A DNA stretch of 63,903 bases, filler included, from Polymyxa betae A26-41 (GCA_003693705.1; 5 parts of 5 records of this genome joined end to end with filler, not necessarily neighbours in it); one strand, 5' to 3'. Counted from the whole stretch's first letter, positions 1-14,290 are shown. Translations and numbers: made by a program. The notes: a model not told the origin generated them from the letters alone.

Positions 1-202
1 GCATCTCTGGCATTGACTCTCCTACATCTTCAATAACGGTAATCTTAGCTGGAGATCCCGAAGGTTTCGGCTTAGCAGCTGCCAGGTCAGATTCAATTTT
101 GCTAATATGAGCCTGGTCTAACTGGACCGTATCCTGTCTGAGACAAATCCCGACAAAATCAGCAAGAGGAAGGCGGCGAGCCCCAATAGTGATGCGACCC
201 AT
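1..202 (-). CDS. 5' end of a gene running off the window; N-terminus resembles the histidine-ammonia-lyase-like domain (as in HAL/PAL or the N-terminal extension of plant-type cytosolic HisRS)
   Basis: ATG at 202 opens MGRITIGARRLPLADFVGICLRQDTVQLDQAHISKIESDL..., with no stop before base 1. Pattern recalls HAL-fold N-termini; family call is by eye only. Confidence 0.4.
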   Translation of the reverse strand, partial: MGRITIGARRLPLADFVGICLRQDTVQLDQAHISKIESDLAAAKPKPSGSPAKITVIEDVGESMPEM

Positions 203-674
203 GTCTTTTTACAGAAAAAGAAAGTCTGACCACGACAAATGCCCAAAAGAGACAACACTGGCGAAGGTGAGCAATGCGCAATGGGCTACCTGTATGCACA
301 GTCGTCCTTAATTACGGATTTAGCTCCGAATTGACCCATTGCAGTTGTCCTCTTATAGAGCCAATTTCTTTTTGGAAAGTCCGTAGAGTGAGGAAAGTGC
401 GTTCACTTGTTGTTCGGTTCTGGGATCATTATCCGTTTTCGGCTATTCTCACTTATCAGCAAGACCAACGTAATTCAACGCAATCTGCTGACGGGTCGAA
501 GATCTGTTCTAAATTCGAGCCAAAGGTTCCCCTGCTGTTTATACACAGGTTATCTAATAATTGTTTTTGTTCATGTGAAATCATTCGTAGATCGCGATCG
601 GAGTTATTGAGCCTAATCATGACGAAACCATAAACTTGAGAAAGTTTCGGAATCCGTAATTAGCTGGATTTACA

Positions 675-3600
675 GTGGTGTCGTCGGCGGTTTACGGGCG
701 GATATTTTTCCCCGAGTTTGGTTCTCTGCAAAACCAAAACAATCAAGTTATAACTTTACATGATGACAGCAAGAAATCTGCTCAAATGAAAATGGGGCGA
801 AAGAAGCTCATGGCGATGAAGCATTCTTATTTCTATGTAGTCAATAATTGCATTCCTTGCTGGCATAGCTGACGTGTCGGCCCAGAGGAGTATTTTCCCT
901 GTCGAGCCAATCTTTCAAAGCAGCGTACAAGCTGCTGTTGTCAACGATATCTACCAAAACGCCGATGATGATTTCGAGGAGCACTCTGTACTGGCCACAT
1001 CAACCTGAGTGTATTAGAATAGCAGCGACCATTCTGAGAAAAGTGTGTTATCTATACAGGAAAAAATTCAATCCCAGTAAATAGTCTTCTGTTAACCCAA
1101 ACACAGATACACTCAATGCAACTCCTATCAATCCATTCGTGAAACGATGCGTTAGAGAATAAACGTATTTGAGCTCTGGCAGATAGATAAACCCGGCTCT
1201 TAGAATGAATAGAGCTGATAATCGTTGTTCTTTCAGACGATACGATTACTGTTAGACGCCGAGCCTTAAATAAGCTAATGACGGATTTGACAGATCAGAC
1301 CATGTATAAAAGGTCTGCCTGGCTATAGAGCTTCCGACATTTATCGTTATGTATGATGATGCACCACAGCAGGCTTTTGATTCAGCAGCAGTATGGAATC
1401 TTGGTATATGTATCGATGGGAAACTGTATCAGCGCCAGATTGTGAGATCGTCCATAAACTCTGCCTTATATTAACAATGACTGCATGATCATCATGATAG
1501 GTACAATCATCCCAACTGAGATTACCCCTTGCGAAATGTTATGAGTCGGATTCCAGAACCTGGGTGTGCATCTGGTCGTAGGCGTTCCGGTACATCATGG
1601 CAAAGCCATCGGCCTTCGACCAAAGTTCGGGACCCTCAACTTCTAATCCATGTTCGCCCATTATCTTCTTCAAAGCCTGGCGCCACTGAAGGCGACTCAG
1701 AACTCGCTTCGAATAGGCTCAAATTGGCTCCGAATCGCTTCCCTAAGCTCAATATGCGAACATCCCTGGATCGGTTGAATAAGAAGATTTCATCGAAGAC
1801 GGCTTCGCGAGGGCCGGTATCCCCCGGGACTGTGAAGCATCGATCCAGACGGGGTGGGCGAAGTGTAATGACGCCGGATTCCAAGCAAGTTGAAGGCTCA
1901 CCACGCCAGCAGGACAAACTAAAGCAAAATTGTGAAGATTTCGCTGTGGCTTTCGCTAATCTTAAGGACGAGCAAAACCAGATAATTCATGAATCCGAAC
2001 CCGTGGTCGATGTTTGCTCAACTTCTCCTGAAGCAATCATTGCAGAGTCAGACACGTTATCAGCATGGCAGTTGTTACAGAAAGCGTTTCAGAAATACGA
2101 GGACACAACATGTTATCGGGACATGGTTGTTACAAATGACCAGGGCCTCAAACTCAGCGATGCCGATGACCGCGATGACTGGAATATGGATAATGGCCTT
2201 GATCTCAATAATTGTCGCGAGTCAGATTTGGAAAATAACGATATAGAGGAAGAAGAAGAACAGAAAGAGAAACCTGACACTAAAGATGATAATGTGAATA
2301 ATACCACCAATGTTGGAGATGATTTGGATGTTACTCTTTCAGATTCAGTAAATGACAGTTATACTGTTATCAATGCTGATAATGAAAGCAGCAAGGACCT
2401 AATCACTGTTGATGTTAAAGATGATGAATGCCATGGCAACAAGCTAGAAGTTGAAAGCACATTTGAAATGGGACCTTGTGCCAGCATATCTGATGATCTC
2501 GACCTCAGTCAATGTGATAGTACTCTGTTGGAATTGAATCGAACCGATGTTATGGATTCCAATGCAGAAGAGAGCCAATGTCCTGACCGAGAAAGTCACA
2601 ATGAGGTCATTAACGGCTTTGTAAGCAATTTTGCCTACCAAATTGGCGAAGAATTGAAAGCGGGCCATTCATTTCTCGCCACAAGTTCAGATAACACAGA
2701 AAAACAGTTAGATGATCATTTTGAAAACGTTGTGTCGCATGAGGAAATGCACGTCAAAGGCCAGTATCTCCAACTTTCAACACAAAATGAAAATGATGAT
2801 TCGAAAGAGATATGCTCCAGCAGAGCAAGCGGCAGCAACGCTGCTGAACACAATGTGGAATCACATCTGGAGGATGACAATGGAGCTGAATGTGGCTGTG
2901 AGGCGGAGGACGGTACCTATCCAATTGAGCATTACAACCGTCGTCTGCAACACAGCGATATGAGGGATTTCAATCCTGATAATTCCCAGATAGTTGGTAA
3001 AAGGGATGCCGAAAATGAAGGCAATGAATTATTGGCGATTCCAACAACAGCCGACAGCATAGCCAGTAATCTCGATTGTATGGAAAATTTGACGAGCACG
3101 ACACCCTGCTCACTTCCAATGCTCGACCCAAACGAAACTGACATCGACAGTAACGTGCTTGAAATCGAGAAACACTTGCCTAGCAGCATCATACTTCGAA
3201 GTGACACAACTAAAGAGATGTATGGAAATGATAATGAACGTGTTGATAGTAGTGGGATTATCTCGAAGCCGTTCTATACCGACGTCACAATACACCCAAA
3301 CCTTGGTGCTCCAGATCCTGCGAAAACAGAACTGGATTGTGGTATCGAAACGTTCCCAGATGCAGTCGATATTCAAATCGCTGTTCCTGGCTCGGATGCA
3401 GAATTTCAAGACCCGATGCTCAGAACAGACCCAGAAGCGGTCAAACATAACCAGATAGAGAACTGCAGCGATAAACATTTACAGCATCCGTCTACAGAGG
3501 AGCCGCCAAATAATGCAATGGATGCGACAACAAACGCAGAATTAACCGGACGGCGAGATTTGGGTGCCGATTCTGCTACATCTGGATATCAGTACAGGAG

Positions 3601-6600
3601 CGAAGCGAAACATCAAGATAATGAATCGAGAATGGATGCTGAGATCGATTGCGACATCGAAGAATCCCGTCTAAACTTCCAAGATGATTCTTTGGATGCA
3701 GAAACTGAGTTTGCGATGCATAATGATACCGTTGATACTGATTCTGACAGCAATAAGAATATCGATAGTCACGATATACGAAGAGATCTGAACAGTAGTC
3801 CCTATTCGCATGAAGCCAAAGTCCAACAGAATGTTCTCGATTCTCAAGTTGCAGAATTCGGTTCAGACCTCGCATCGTTTCAATTTTTGGATTCGAGTGT
3901 TGAGCTGCATTTTACAAATAAAGCATCAAAGGATCCTTCCGAGGATGGTCAGGCAAGCCGAGCTTCATTGCTGTCAAAGGAAGCTACAGCTCCAATACCA
4001 GAACACGCTAGTGAAATCGCGTCTGATTACTCGAAGAATAATGTAGAGCTATTACAGACTGCTTCTCAAGGTGATAAATGGTAGCGTTTAACGCATTCGA
4101 GTTCTAACCTGAAACAAGATTTTGTGAACGTTTCAGCAACATGCTCAGCAATAGCGAACCCGTCGCCAATACCGGTACATCCGACAGCCCAAAATGCCAC
4201 AATTTCTCCAGAGGTAGCCCCAGATGCCACTCCAACCAATAGCAGAAAGGGTCTGCTGCGTTCGCGCTCACTGCCTTTGTCAGTATCATTTCGCCAAAAC
4301 TCGACATCTGGGTTAAACACAATCCAATCTACACTTGCTTTTACCGATAAACCTGCAGACCTAAGGCCTTGCTGTAATGACGATGCCGTCCACGACAGCC
4401 AACGAAACAGCCGCAATCTGCCTATAACCGTTAGCAACCAATTATCGGATGAAGTGCGACTTGTTCGAAATCAAATCCAGCAGGCTCTGTGCTTAGTAAA
4501 GCCTGAGATTGATAGCATTCCAAAGCCAAAAGCAGTCATACACAGACGTCGTTATCGACCAAGGCAAAGATCATGCGATAAACCCAATGTTCAGGACGAT
4601 GTTCCCATCAACGAAGGCGAAACCAAAGAACCGGTTGAAGGTCGAAGCAACAAAGAGGGAAAGCACAGTGAAGTTCGAGAAGATGTCTCTGATCGCATTG
4701 CAAAGGAAAAGAACGACCAGGCTGTTCAGGCCATTGATGATCATTGCTGTTACGAAACTCGGTGCTGCCGATGCCCGATTAGTTTTGATATCGGAACAGA
4801 ACCCATTATCAGCTGCAGCAGAGATATCGATGTCCAGTGTCACGTCCAGCTCGACGTTCATGGCGTGCAATGTTGTGCAGAAGCAGCCAGTGCCATCACA
4901 CAGACTAATACGACAGAAGTTGTTCAACAAACCATTCAAACCGAAAAAGAACTCTATCAGAGCGACAATTGCATGCAAACAGACACCGCCGAATTCTGTT
5001 CAGTTCAGGTTCAGTGCAGAGCGACCACCATGGCAACGGAGACCCAGACCATTACTGATGTCGTAGATGCGGCTGTACAGCATATAGGTAGGCATTATTT
5101 TGGATAAAAAAAGTTAAATTGCCACCTCATCAAATTACATACAGATGAAAGCAAAATACAATCCTTTGCCTCAAAACCTTCAGTCGATACTGTAAGCAAG
5201 ACAGACCTTGCACAAAAGGCTGCATAAACTAAGTTTGATTCAGGATTTTTCCGACCTAGATCAGCATGTGAATCAGTTCATCAGATCCATATCCCCTGGA
5301 CGCTCACATTTGCATGTAAATCGTGCAATTGACATCCAACAAAGTACATAATTGAATTAACTTTACTTACAGGAACGGCAGAAACGCCATTATATCGAAT
5401 CGATAGAAGACCCTGGAAAAGGCGTCCTGGTGCTAGATGATGGACGGCCACTGAAATGCACTGGGCCATTAGGTCTAGAACACGAACTTTATCAAAACCA
5501 CAAGTCTGATCAAAATTTAGGCCCCCGAACGTTGGTTTCGTTGAATATTGGCGGGCAACGATTCGATGTTCTTCGATCGACATTATCGCGGTATCGCGAG
5601 ACCCTGCTGGGTCGGATAGCAAGTTCACCCCTGCCTGTTTACATCGATCGAAGCCCGGTCCTCTTTCCCTTCATTATAGATACGTACCGTACTGGAACCC
5701 CATATCTGTCATCAACGAAACAGTCCAAAGAGTATCTTGAAGCTCTGCGAGACGAAGCACATTTTTATCAGATCGAAAATCAGATGTTTCCTAACGGAAT
5801 TGAAGCATTAACTGAATCACGACCAGAAGTGACTTTAAATAGCAAAACGAACAAGGTATTGGAAGAAGATGGCCAATGTAATCAGTTCGAGCTATGCGAA
5901 CGATGCGTTCTGGTGCCTGGAATGTCAGCAACATTCACTCCAAGAACAAACGAAACCTTAATACTGGATACAATATCAGGAAGAGGTCGGTATCAAGGCT
6001 CTGGAAAAACGTAACCCAAACATTTCATTCAGGTCAATTGCTTCTAGATGTGGAACATGGATTGAGATCCGAGATGAATGTCAACTGTGCAGTCGTCTTT
6101 GACAGTGCTGCTCATTTTAATTCAGCCAATGGTGATGCGATCTGTGTTGAAACCTCGTACCCTCATGGGGCCAGCTACACGTTCTTCATGTTAGACCGAC
6201 AGAGCTCGTAGGCTTAGCAGTGGGAAGCGGTTTTTAAAAATCATCAACTGGTTTTAGGAGCTTGGCCCGAGGCAAAGCTAACGGAGAAGAGACCAGCTGC
6301 GAGTTCTGTGGTCTCTTGCAGCGAGTTGACCCCAGCGAGGGACGACTGTCGCTGTGCTCATCATGCCATTCTCGTTTACCTGAAGTCAATACGCCATTGG
6401 GAGCAGAAAGAGTGACGTCTAGTTTCCAGAGCAACACGAGGGTTGAGCAAGGCAATCAGTTGACTATTACAATGAGAATCATATGTACATTTGATAAGAG
6501 CAGTCGAACTAAAGTGGCCACAGTCAAAAAAGGCAGCGGTACCGCAACTAATGTTTTCCACTTTTTACGCTCACGCTCACAAATGTCATTTTTAGGAAAT

Positions 6601-6804
6601 GTAGCCGTTCTTTGTAAATCAGATGTTGATAATGGTCAACATCTCCCAGGACGGGCTCGGTCTCCGCCTAAAAAGGCGCCGAAGCCGCAAATGTTTTCTG
6701 AACGACAGCAGTTATTAAAGCAGCGATCAACTTCACCTGTTGCTTTTCAAAGACAGGTGAAGCCAAGTCCACTGCCACTAATTAGGAGGCCACCAATGGC
6801 GTAG
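675..6804 (+). CDS. Large multi-exon protein with a long acidic low-complexity region and a KCTD-type BTB/POZ (K+ channel tetramerisation) domain; 5' end uncertain
   Basis: ORFs 1529-4084 and 4124-5107 join in frame via a GT-AG intron at 4071-4118 (CTAAC branch). ORF 5430-6014 has LVSLNIGGQRFDVLRSTLSRYRETLLG..VYIDRSPVLFPFIIDTYRTG, the BTB_2 signature. Further short introns link to 6262-6804. Confidence 0.65.
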
Positions 6805-6893
6805 AATAGAATAAATTTACTTAGTATATATGGATTGATTCGACCCCTATAAAATGTCTGGATCATGTAGAAAGCAAATATTCATGGTTGACA

Positions 6894-9005
6894 TCACGCA
6901 GATTTACGCCAGTAAACGCACTGTCGATCGGCCCAAAGTAATAAGTCTTCGCAGTTACGTTCGGCACGAAAATGGTCCACTGCCGTTTTCGAGCTTAAGT
7001 AATCATCAATGATGACGAACCCTCCAGACGAGAGACTCGGATACACATTTCTTAAAGACTAAGATTCATTCAGAGATAGTTATCTGCGATCATGCTTAAG
7101 GTTACCTCCAGAATTTCATGGCTGGACACTCCGCTAGCAATACGTATTAGAGCAAAGGTTCGTGATTGTATGGTAGTCAATACTTCGGGAATAGCACCGG
7201 GCAAGAGCAGAACTTTGTCGTCAAATAGACCATGTCTGTGAAGCGGTTAATCATGTGAAGCCTCTAATCAAACAGGCATTTGACCTTTGAAACATATCTT
7301 TAACACTGTCTAGATCTGTCGAACTTGTCGACTTTGAGAATACATCCGGGTTCTTCAACCGGTACTGGTTCCATGCGCCTTCCGGACTATCAACTTTCGT
7401 GGATGTTGGGAAAGCCTTGACGCCGGGAATAACCAAGGACGATATCAAAAGAAGCTTTTCGTAAATAAACGTTGGGAAAAATGTACTCAAAAGCTTTAGA
7501 ACAAACTGCAACCTGCATATTGGACAAGTTAGCCATTTCATGAAAACAGGCTTCAAATAGCAAACCTATTGGAAAGCAATACAGGACCTCTGAAATGACC
7601 GACACCGATGATACGGCGATTCTGAATGTCAAATGCAATCAAAACAGCTTTCATAAAAGCGGCCTCCCCTCCACGCCAGACTCCGATATCTATCAGATCA
7701 CCAGCAACAGCACGAGAAAGAACTGTTTCAAAGCAATTGCGAATCGTTTTCAGTCGTAGACCACCACAGCGACCTGATGGAGATATTTCAAAGGAAAGTT
7801 CCAACAAATCAAAACGTTTACAATGTGCCTGGCTCGGGAGATCCTGTCCGGAATTCCTGGTCTCAAGGCAAAATTTCGCATTTGAGATGAATTGCAGCCG
7901 GTTAGTAGGATCGTAGGTGACAATTGGGGGATCCATATAAAGCGTATTTGTAAGCGCCGACTGCATCAAAGTTAAATAGAGGTCCCGCAAACGATTAATT
8001 TCCCCATCAGGCTCATAGCAGACTGGAGCAATATTTGGGGGAGCTTGTGGTGGGCGAATATCAACAGGTCTTGCAACAGCTTGCGCCGATTCCGCATTCT
8101 GTAAGCCCATTCTTAAATTCCTTCGGGCGGCGCCGATAGCTCGCAACTGCTGCTTTTCATCGTCTTCTGAGGAAACCATATAGAAATAACTGTAGAAAGC
8201 AACGACAGCAAAGAAGCAACCTCGTGCAACATCTTGTGTAAATTCGACCCTCGAGGAAATGATAGACGAGACTCCAAGGAACCAGGCGATGTACAACCAT
8301 GGGTGCCTAAATATTTTGTAAGTGAAGGATAGAATACTGCAGCAGATTGACAACCTTGATTCTGGCTGAAACATAGGTTGGTAAAATTTTGAGCAAAGCA
8401 TTAGCAATGTTAAAAGGATAGCATGTGTGGAAATGTGAAATTGGTTAGTATGGGCGAAGAGCGATTGCTCATGAAAAGGTGCTTTTAAAGGAATTAACGC
8501 GGTTGGGTCAGTGGGTGGATAGGTTGTGAATAGGTTATATTGGTAACACAGCACAAGCGCGACGAATATAAAATACAACACCTGTACAATAACATAAAGT
8601 AAGGCGTTTCAAATATACACGCCGAATACCCTAACCTACATGATGTGCCAGAGATGCCTGTTTTGGTGCCTTAACACAATTAGCCTTGTTTCGGTTGAAA
8701 ACGGTCAAAAGAACAGCGATCGCCAGATGGAGATCAGGAAGTCTATAAGGGGTCACAGGCAGAATTGAAAAACCACTGTCCCTAATGTCGTCTGGCAGAT
8801 GAGCCGAACCGCTGTGCTCAACTAAACGAAAGCTGAATATTGTTGCTGGCGGGCTCGGAAATATATGACCTGCTGTGAATCCTGGCAAGAGGCCGACGAC
8901 AAATACTGACAATTTGCATTGCAGATAGAGAAAGAAAAGAGCGACCACGATATAGAACAAGCTATACTTCATCGATATGTGATCATGGAGAGAGTGACAG
9001 AACAA
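6894..9005 (-). CDS. Membrane protein with a C-terminal TylF/MycF/NovP-like (macrocin O-methyltransferase) domain; start uncertain
   Basis: Motifs DLYLTLMQSALTNTLY, GDLIDIGVWRGGEAAFMKAVL, HGLFDDKVLLLPG, VYPSLSSGGFVIIDDY and C-terminal VYWRK (stop 6894-6896) across several GT-AG introns. The N-terminal half has multiple hydrophobic helices. Confidence 0.75.
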
Positions 9006-9541
9006 AGATAATGGGGATGATGCCGTAAAATAAGGCCGGTCCCGGCTCGGTTACCGAACTGTCAACTGGCATATGAAACAACTGTCTTAACAAATGCATT
9101 GTAGCCTGAGTTGACGGCGATCATTACAGTGATTACACTCATTGAACAGTAGTATCTGTAGCCATGAGGCCCCCCTGAATAGTCCCAGTTGTCTCACCTG
9201 CCGGTATCCCCTATTTGTTTTTGTTACAATAACGTTTCAGTTTCATGAATACATGTTTCATTGCTGTTGCTGTCCACACGGCTAAGGGTGTTCAACTAAC
9301 TTTTCAAGAGCTTTTAGCATGCGAATGTAATTTTAGAATACCCAAAATGCTCTAGGTGTAATGTAGAGACTGTTGTGCATTAAAATCCCTTTGTTCTTTT
9401 GACGTTAATTCTAGAGCAGGGACAAAAAATAATAACCGCTTTCCATTGCAAACAGGAATCTATTCTGGATGACTATTCCAGAGTCGGAAATATCATCACA
9501 AAGCTAGGCTAAAAGAATGCGTATCAGTTATAACCATTATT

Positions 9542-11560
9542 TTAAGTTATATATTAATATCAAGCCTATGGGGTGATTGTTGAATATTAGGGAAGCTTTG
9601 CGTTGTGGCGGCTTCTTTTAACCATTGAAGATTAACAACAGGAATTTGGGCATGCTTAGCTTGTATAATTCGATTCTTCACCACTGAGCTCTGTAGGTCC
9701 TTGTCGCCCAGAATAATCAGATCCGCTTTGCCCTACCAATCGATTATTCCCTCGTCCGGTCAGGCCAATTACAGTTGAGTCGCTAACCTGTTGACGAAGC
9801 GCGATTCCACCGCCTGCGTGTATGATGCTAATGAATTCGTCCTTGTTAATGCCAAAATAAGCAATCCGTCGTCCAAACAATGGACGATGTTTTCTTTCCT
9901 TTGGATAATGAGCGTTGCTTCTTAAGAATGTATCGCTGTATGAGCCTGCAAATGGTTGCAACGGTACGATTCGTTTTTGACGATGACATTCTTCGATCCA
10001 GCGCATATCGACAGCAGGGACCTATTATACGAATTAAGAAACTAGATTCCAAAGATCTCATGTGTATACGCCTCGCATCAGTGTGTAGAAAATCTTAGTC
10101 GTCCATGTCTCTTTTCTGATGTCTTTAACAATGACGACTCGAATAAGAACATCATCTTCATCTTGAAGGTTAACACTTTCTGAAACCGAATCGCTCTGGG
10201 TGACGTGCCCGCCCAAGGACTTGATGGTTTCAACAAGTTCAGCGCGTTCTTCAACCAAAGCAGAGCCAGAGAATCCAGTAAGCAAAAAGGTTATCGATTC
10301 GAATAAGAGCCCGCTTCTGATACTGGGCCGTGCACGCTTTTGTGCATTCGAGCTTGTACTCTTCTGAGAGCACCGCCTTTTCGTTTTGGTTTCAGTGTTC
10401 GATCGTCGTGAGGACTCTTCGACAGACAATGAAGCCGAGTACGGTTGACTTTCTGATGGTGCGCATTCAGAAAAAACAAGCGATGGTATACGTGTTAAAG
10501 GCGGTGTAATATCAGCGGGAGACGAAGGCGGCGTAACAATGACAGGAGTTGGAGGAGGGCGTTCGGAGTTGGTAACTGCTGGTCCCGGATCCTTTGCCGA
10601 TGATGACGATTTCGGAACAGATGTTGAAATTATAGCAGAGGAATCAGACTGAGAAAGCTTGGCAGAGGTAGATCTATTGATTTTGTTGATTTCTCTAGCG
10701 GCTAGCGTGGATTTGGACATGATCGTCTCTGGCAAGGGGTCGGGTCTGTCAAGATTCTCCTGACTATCGCTCGGAATAGATATAGGGTCGGATAAAGATA
10801 AATCCAAAGAACACCAAGATGACGTGTCTATCTTATCCTGCTCCATCAGCACGTCATCTTCATCCATTTCCAGAAGCTGCGTTTGAGTAAGCTGATGCCG
10901 GTTCCAGGATTTCGGGCGCAGTGCAATTGGCGATAAGGCTTGCTGGATGGGTACTGAAGATGTTGGAATTGACGCTCCCTGCAGCGGAGGCGAGGTTATT
11001 GACGACAATGGTGCCGTTGGTTGGCCGTCGTCGCTCAGACTACTCGGGGGTGGACTAGGCGGATGCAAACCATAAGGAATATGGGGCAGAGGGGGCGGGC
11101 TGGTGCTGGGGCGGATCCAGCATTGCTGCTTATTGATAGTAGCGGACCGACTATTGGTAATAGTCTTCATAACAGTCGATGAACATGTGATCAAGGATCA
11201 CACTAGGACAGGGCAGCGACGATGCAAGAGATCATATCATGCCAATAGTTTAAACTGAAATTTTTCGCGCATTTCTTGTAAAAAGTTGGAGATTCTTATG
11301 AAACGGTAGCAGTTTTCGTCTTGTTCAACGTGATGATCCCGGTTTGTCACTCTGAGTAAGCTCCGTTCGAGTCTAAGAGGCCACGCAAAACTTTTTCTTT
11401 GTTCGGAAAACAGAGTCCCATTTAGTTTTATTATCGGCAAAATGATCAGTGCTTGGTTTATTATGATTTCAGGACTGCCGGTATCAACCGCTTGGATGAA
11501 ACAATCAAAGCAAGCACTTCTTTCTTCTGCAGATCCGGAATCGTTTGAGAGGCATGTCAT
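9542..11560 (-). CDS. Tandem-BRCT protein with long Ser/Pro-rich disordered linker (DNA-damage mediator-like architecture)
   Basis: BRCT1: LFESITFLLTGF..IKSLGGHV..(intron)..MRWIEEC. BRCT2: LFGRRIAYFG..IIHAGGG..(intron)..ADLIILG..IPVVNLQWLKE, stop at 9542-9544. Confidence 0.75.
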
Positions 11561-11666
11561 GACAGCCAAAAGATTGTCATGTGACGGACGTTGATTGAAC
11601 GACCAAAACTGTACGAATTCGTGTTTAGCCTGGTTCAGTGGTGGCTGCTGATTATTGGCGCTGCTT

Positions 11667-12522
11667 ATGTCGAAGATCAAGGATTGCCTTGTAAAATGGG
11701 TGAGCAGCAGGCCACAGGCATTGTCATTTATAATGATGGATTTATTTACAGGAGGAAAAGAATCAGATGAAGGCTTCTGAGGCGAAGGTCGTAAAGCTGA
11801 TGTGTCAGGTGCCTCCCATCACGAAAATGGACGGCAAACTCAACGATCTCGTCAGTTGCGAGTACAGTCATGGGTCTCTTATCTTGGCTCCAAATTAAAT
11901 GTTGGAACTTGCAGGCAGCTATCTTTGTCGACAAACATGATCGATAAGATTTTCCCGTTGCCAAGTCTAAGTAATGTTTAGGATAGAATCAGTACTGGAA
12001 TCTGATAGCCTGCTCAGAGAAGCTTCGTATTTTGTCGCTAACCAGGAATAATATAAAAAAGATCTCGGGTCTGGATGAATTAGCAGAATCGCTAGAGGAG
12101 TTATGGCTATCATACAATCAGATAGAGAAGCTCGCCGGTCTAAATTCCTTAAAAAAACTTCGTGTTCTCTACATCGGCAATAATCGTATTAAGGGTGCCG
12201 ATGAACTTACCAAGCTTGTAAGGTAGTCGTACCTGCCATGAGCTACGTCTTGAATTTGGAGTTACAGCAAGAAAATCCGGAGTTAGCCGATCTGCTTTGC
12301 GTCGGGAATCCATTTTATGAAGGTCGGAACAATGCATGACAAAGTTGACAGTATCGCTGATAGGGCCCCATAGGTAAAGCGATTGAAGATCGCAGAGTAG
12401 AAGTAATTCGAAATTTGCCTGGTCTGAAGAAGCTCGATGGAGAAATGGTAAAGAGTGAGGAACGTGATCGTGCCCTCGGTGGGAGTGCTGATACTGCTGT
12501 CCCTGGAGCTCCATCACCCTAA
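11667..12522 (+). CDS. DNAL1: Axonemal outer-arm dynein light chain 1 (LRR protein LC1)
   Basis: Spliced product [119 protein letters not shown] matches the LC1 pattern over its whole length. Confidence 0.93.
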
Positions 12523-12599
12523 TAATTATCAAACCTACATACAGTATTACCAATGAACGGTATTTCGCTGAAACTTCGTTCTGTAGCAGATCGATACCA

Positions 12600-13530
12600 G
12601 TGCGTCTTTCAGGGAATACTCAAACTAACCGGGTTGAGACCCTCATTCTTCCTTGTATTACCAAATTACTAAACACGTGTTGGAGCGAAACTGGACACCA
12701 AAATCGAACGATGCCTGATTAGTTCTGCGTGGTTCGACTTTGAATCTGATGCACTGATTCACTTACAAAAATCTTAGTAGTGTTTGCAACGTACCTGTCG
12801 ATATCATCTAAGTAGTTCCCTTGCACAAGGCGACTAGAGAGCGTTCATCGGTTTGATTCTGAAGCTCCCGGGGATGATTTCCTCGACGATCCAGAGCTGA
12901 ACGTATGTTCTGCAAGTCTCCAACGACGCGAGCTCCGAAAGGGGACTTAGTACTGAATCCAGCTGATTCAAAGGCATCGAGCAGTGCAAAGCCATCATCA
13001 AGAACATGGCAGCCCGGCCTTCATTGCCTTCGACCCTAAACCAATTCCCTTTGATCAGCACTTGTTCCAGACGTATTAGTCTTGATCGAAGATGTTCTTT
13101 GTTTGGTGCAGCCACAACCCATCGCAAAGAAAAACGACATCTTCATCAGCAGTTCCAGCAAATCGGATGGCCTACTCTTCTGTAGGTGTCCTGGAGGATG
13201 GACCCTGAAAACAAGAAGGCGGCGACATGCCATCCACAATTACCAGGTCGCTAGTGTGTTGAATTTCCTGGGTTGTCAGATTAGGAGCAGGGCGGGTGGG
13301 CATGAGACGAAATATTTGCAGATCGTGAATCTTCATTGCGGCTACAGGTAGGATGCAGTGGCAACTGTGCTCCTGATCCACTCGGATTGTGTCTGGTAGT
13401 CTGATTCAGCGAGATAAGCACATAGGATGAGTAATGTCATTCTTTTCTTGGCGGCCTGTTCATGTTTTTTTTTAACTAAGGACAATGTGACGACACCCAT
13501 CAGAACCGGTGGTCGTCGATCAAGACTCAT
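12600..13530 (-). CDS. Probable spliced hypothetical protein; boundaries uncertain
   Basis: Successive minus-strand ORFs (13342-13530, 13172-13381, 12834-13127) in a gene-dense contig; no recognisable domain. Confidence 0.3.
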
Positions 13531-14290
13531 GATGCATATTAGACCCTATTTCTCTTAAATCCGAGGCCCAACAAACATTCTTGTTCACCATCTGGCCTCA
13601 CTGTCCAAATATTTTTTGCTATATACGTGAACACAATGAATTTTATTAATTTACTATCTTTTGCATGTACTGAATGGTGTGAATGGCTAGATTCCTACTG
13701 ACTAAAATCCCCTTTGCCAAGAGCCGATAATCCTTACCAACGAGTGCATCAGTTACCAAAGCAATAGGCAATCTTTTAGAATCAAACTTGTATGCTATTC
13801 ATATGACGGTCTAGATCCTGCCTTACGCCAACCGCTTTGAACATGTCGGACAAAAAAACGGTCTGTCACCTTCACCATTGAATGAGTCAGTTAGTATAGC
13901 AACGAGCAATCAGCGTGTATCATTCCTGTGTGCGCTCTAATGTGACGATTTGAATTCCTCTGAAACGAGAATTGCTCCGGGCAACCGTGCAAACAAACGA
14001 TTTCTCAAAGCCGTCCCTCTTTGAATAGAAGCATCCAATCGCGAATATGCGATTTTTAAAGCGAAATGAGTCCAAAAGATGTTCACTCATTATCGCGTCT
14101 GAGCTAGGCCGTGAAGCGAAGACTTTGCCATCGGAACGATAGGCTCGTGAAGTTCTGAGCAGGAAAGCCTAAAGAAAGATCCCGAGCGATATCGACGATG
14201 TGAGATTGTGTTATGATAATCACGCAGTTTATGACGGCTGGAAGATTTGTTGGATAGTTGTGTTGATATCCCAAAAGGAAGACTTGTATT

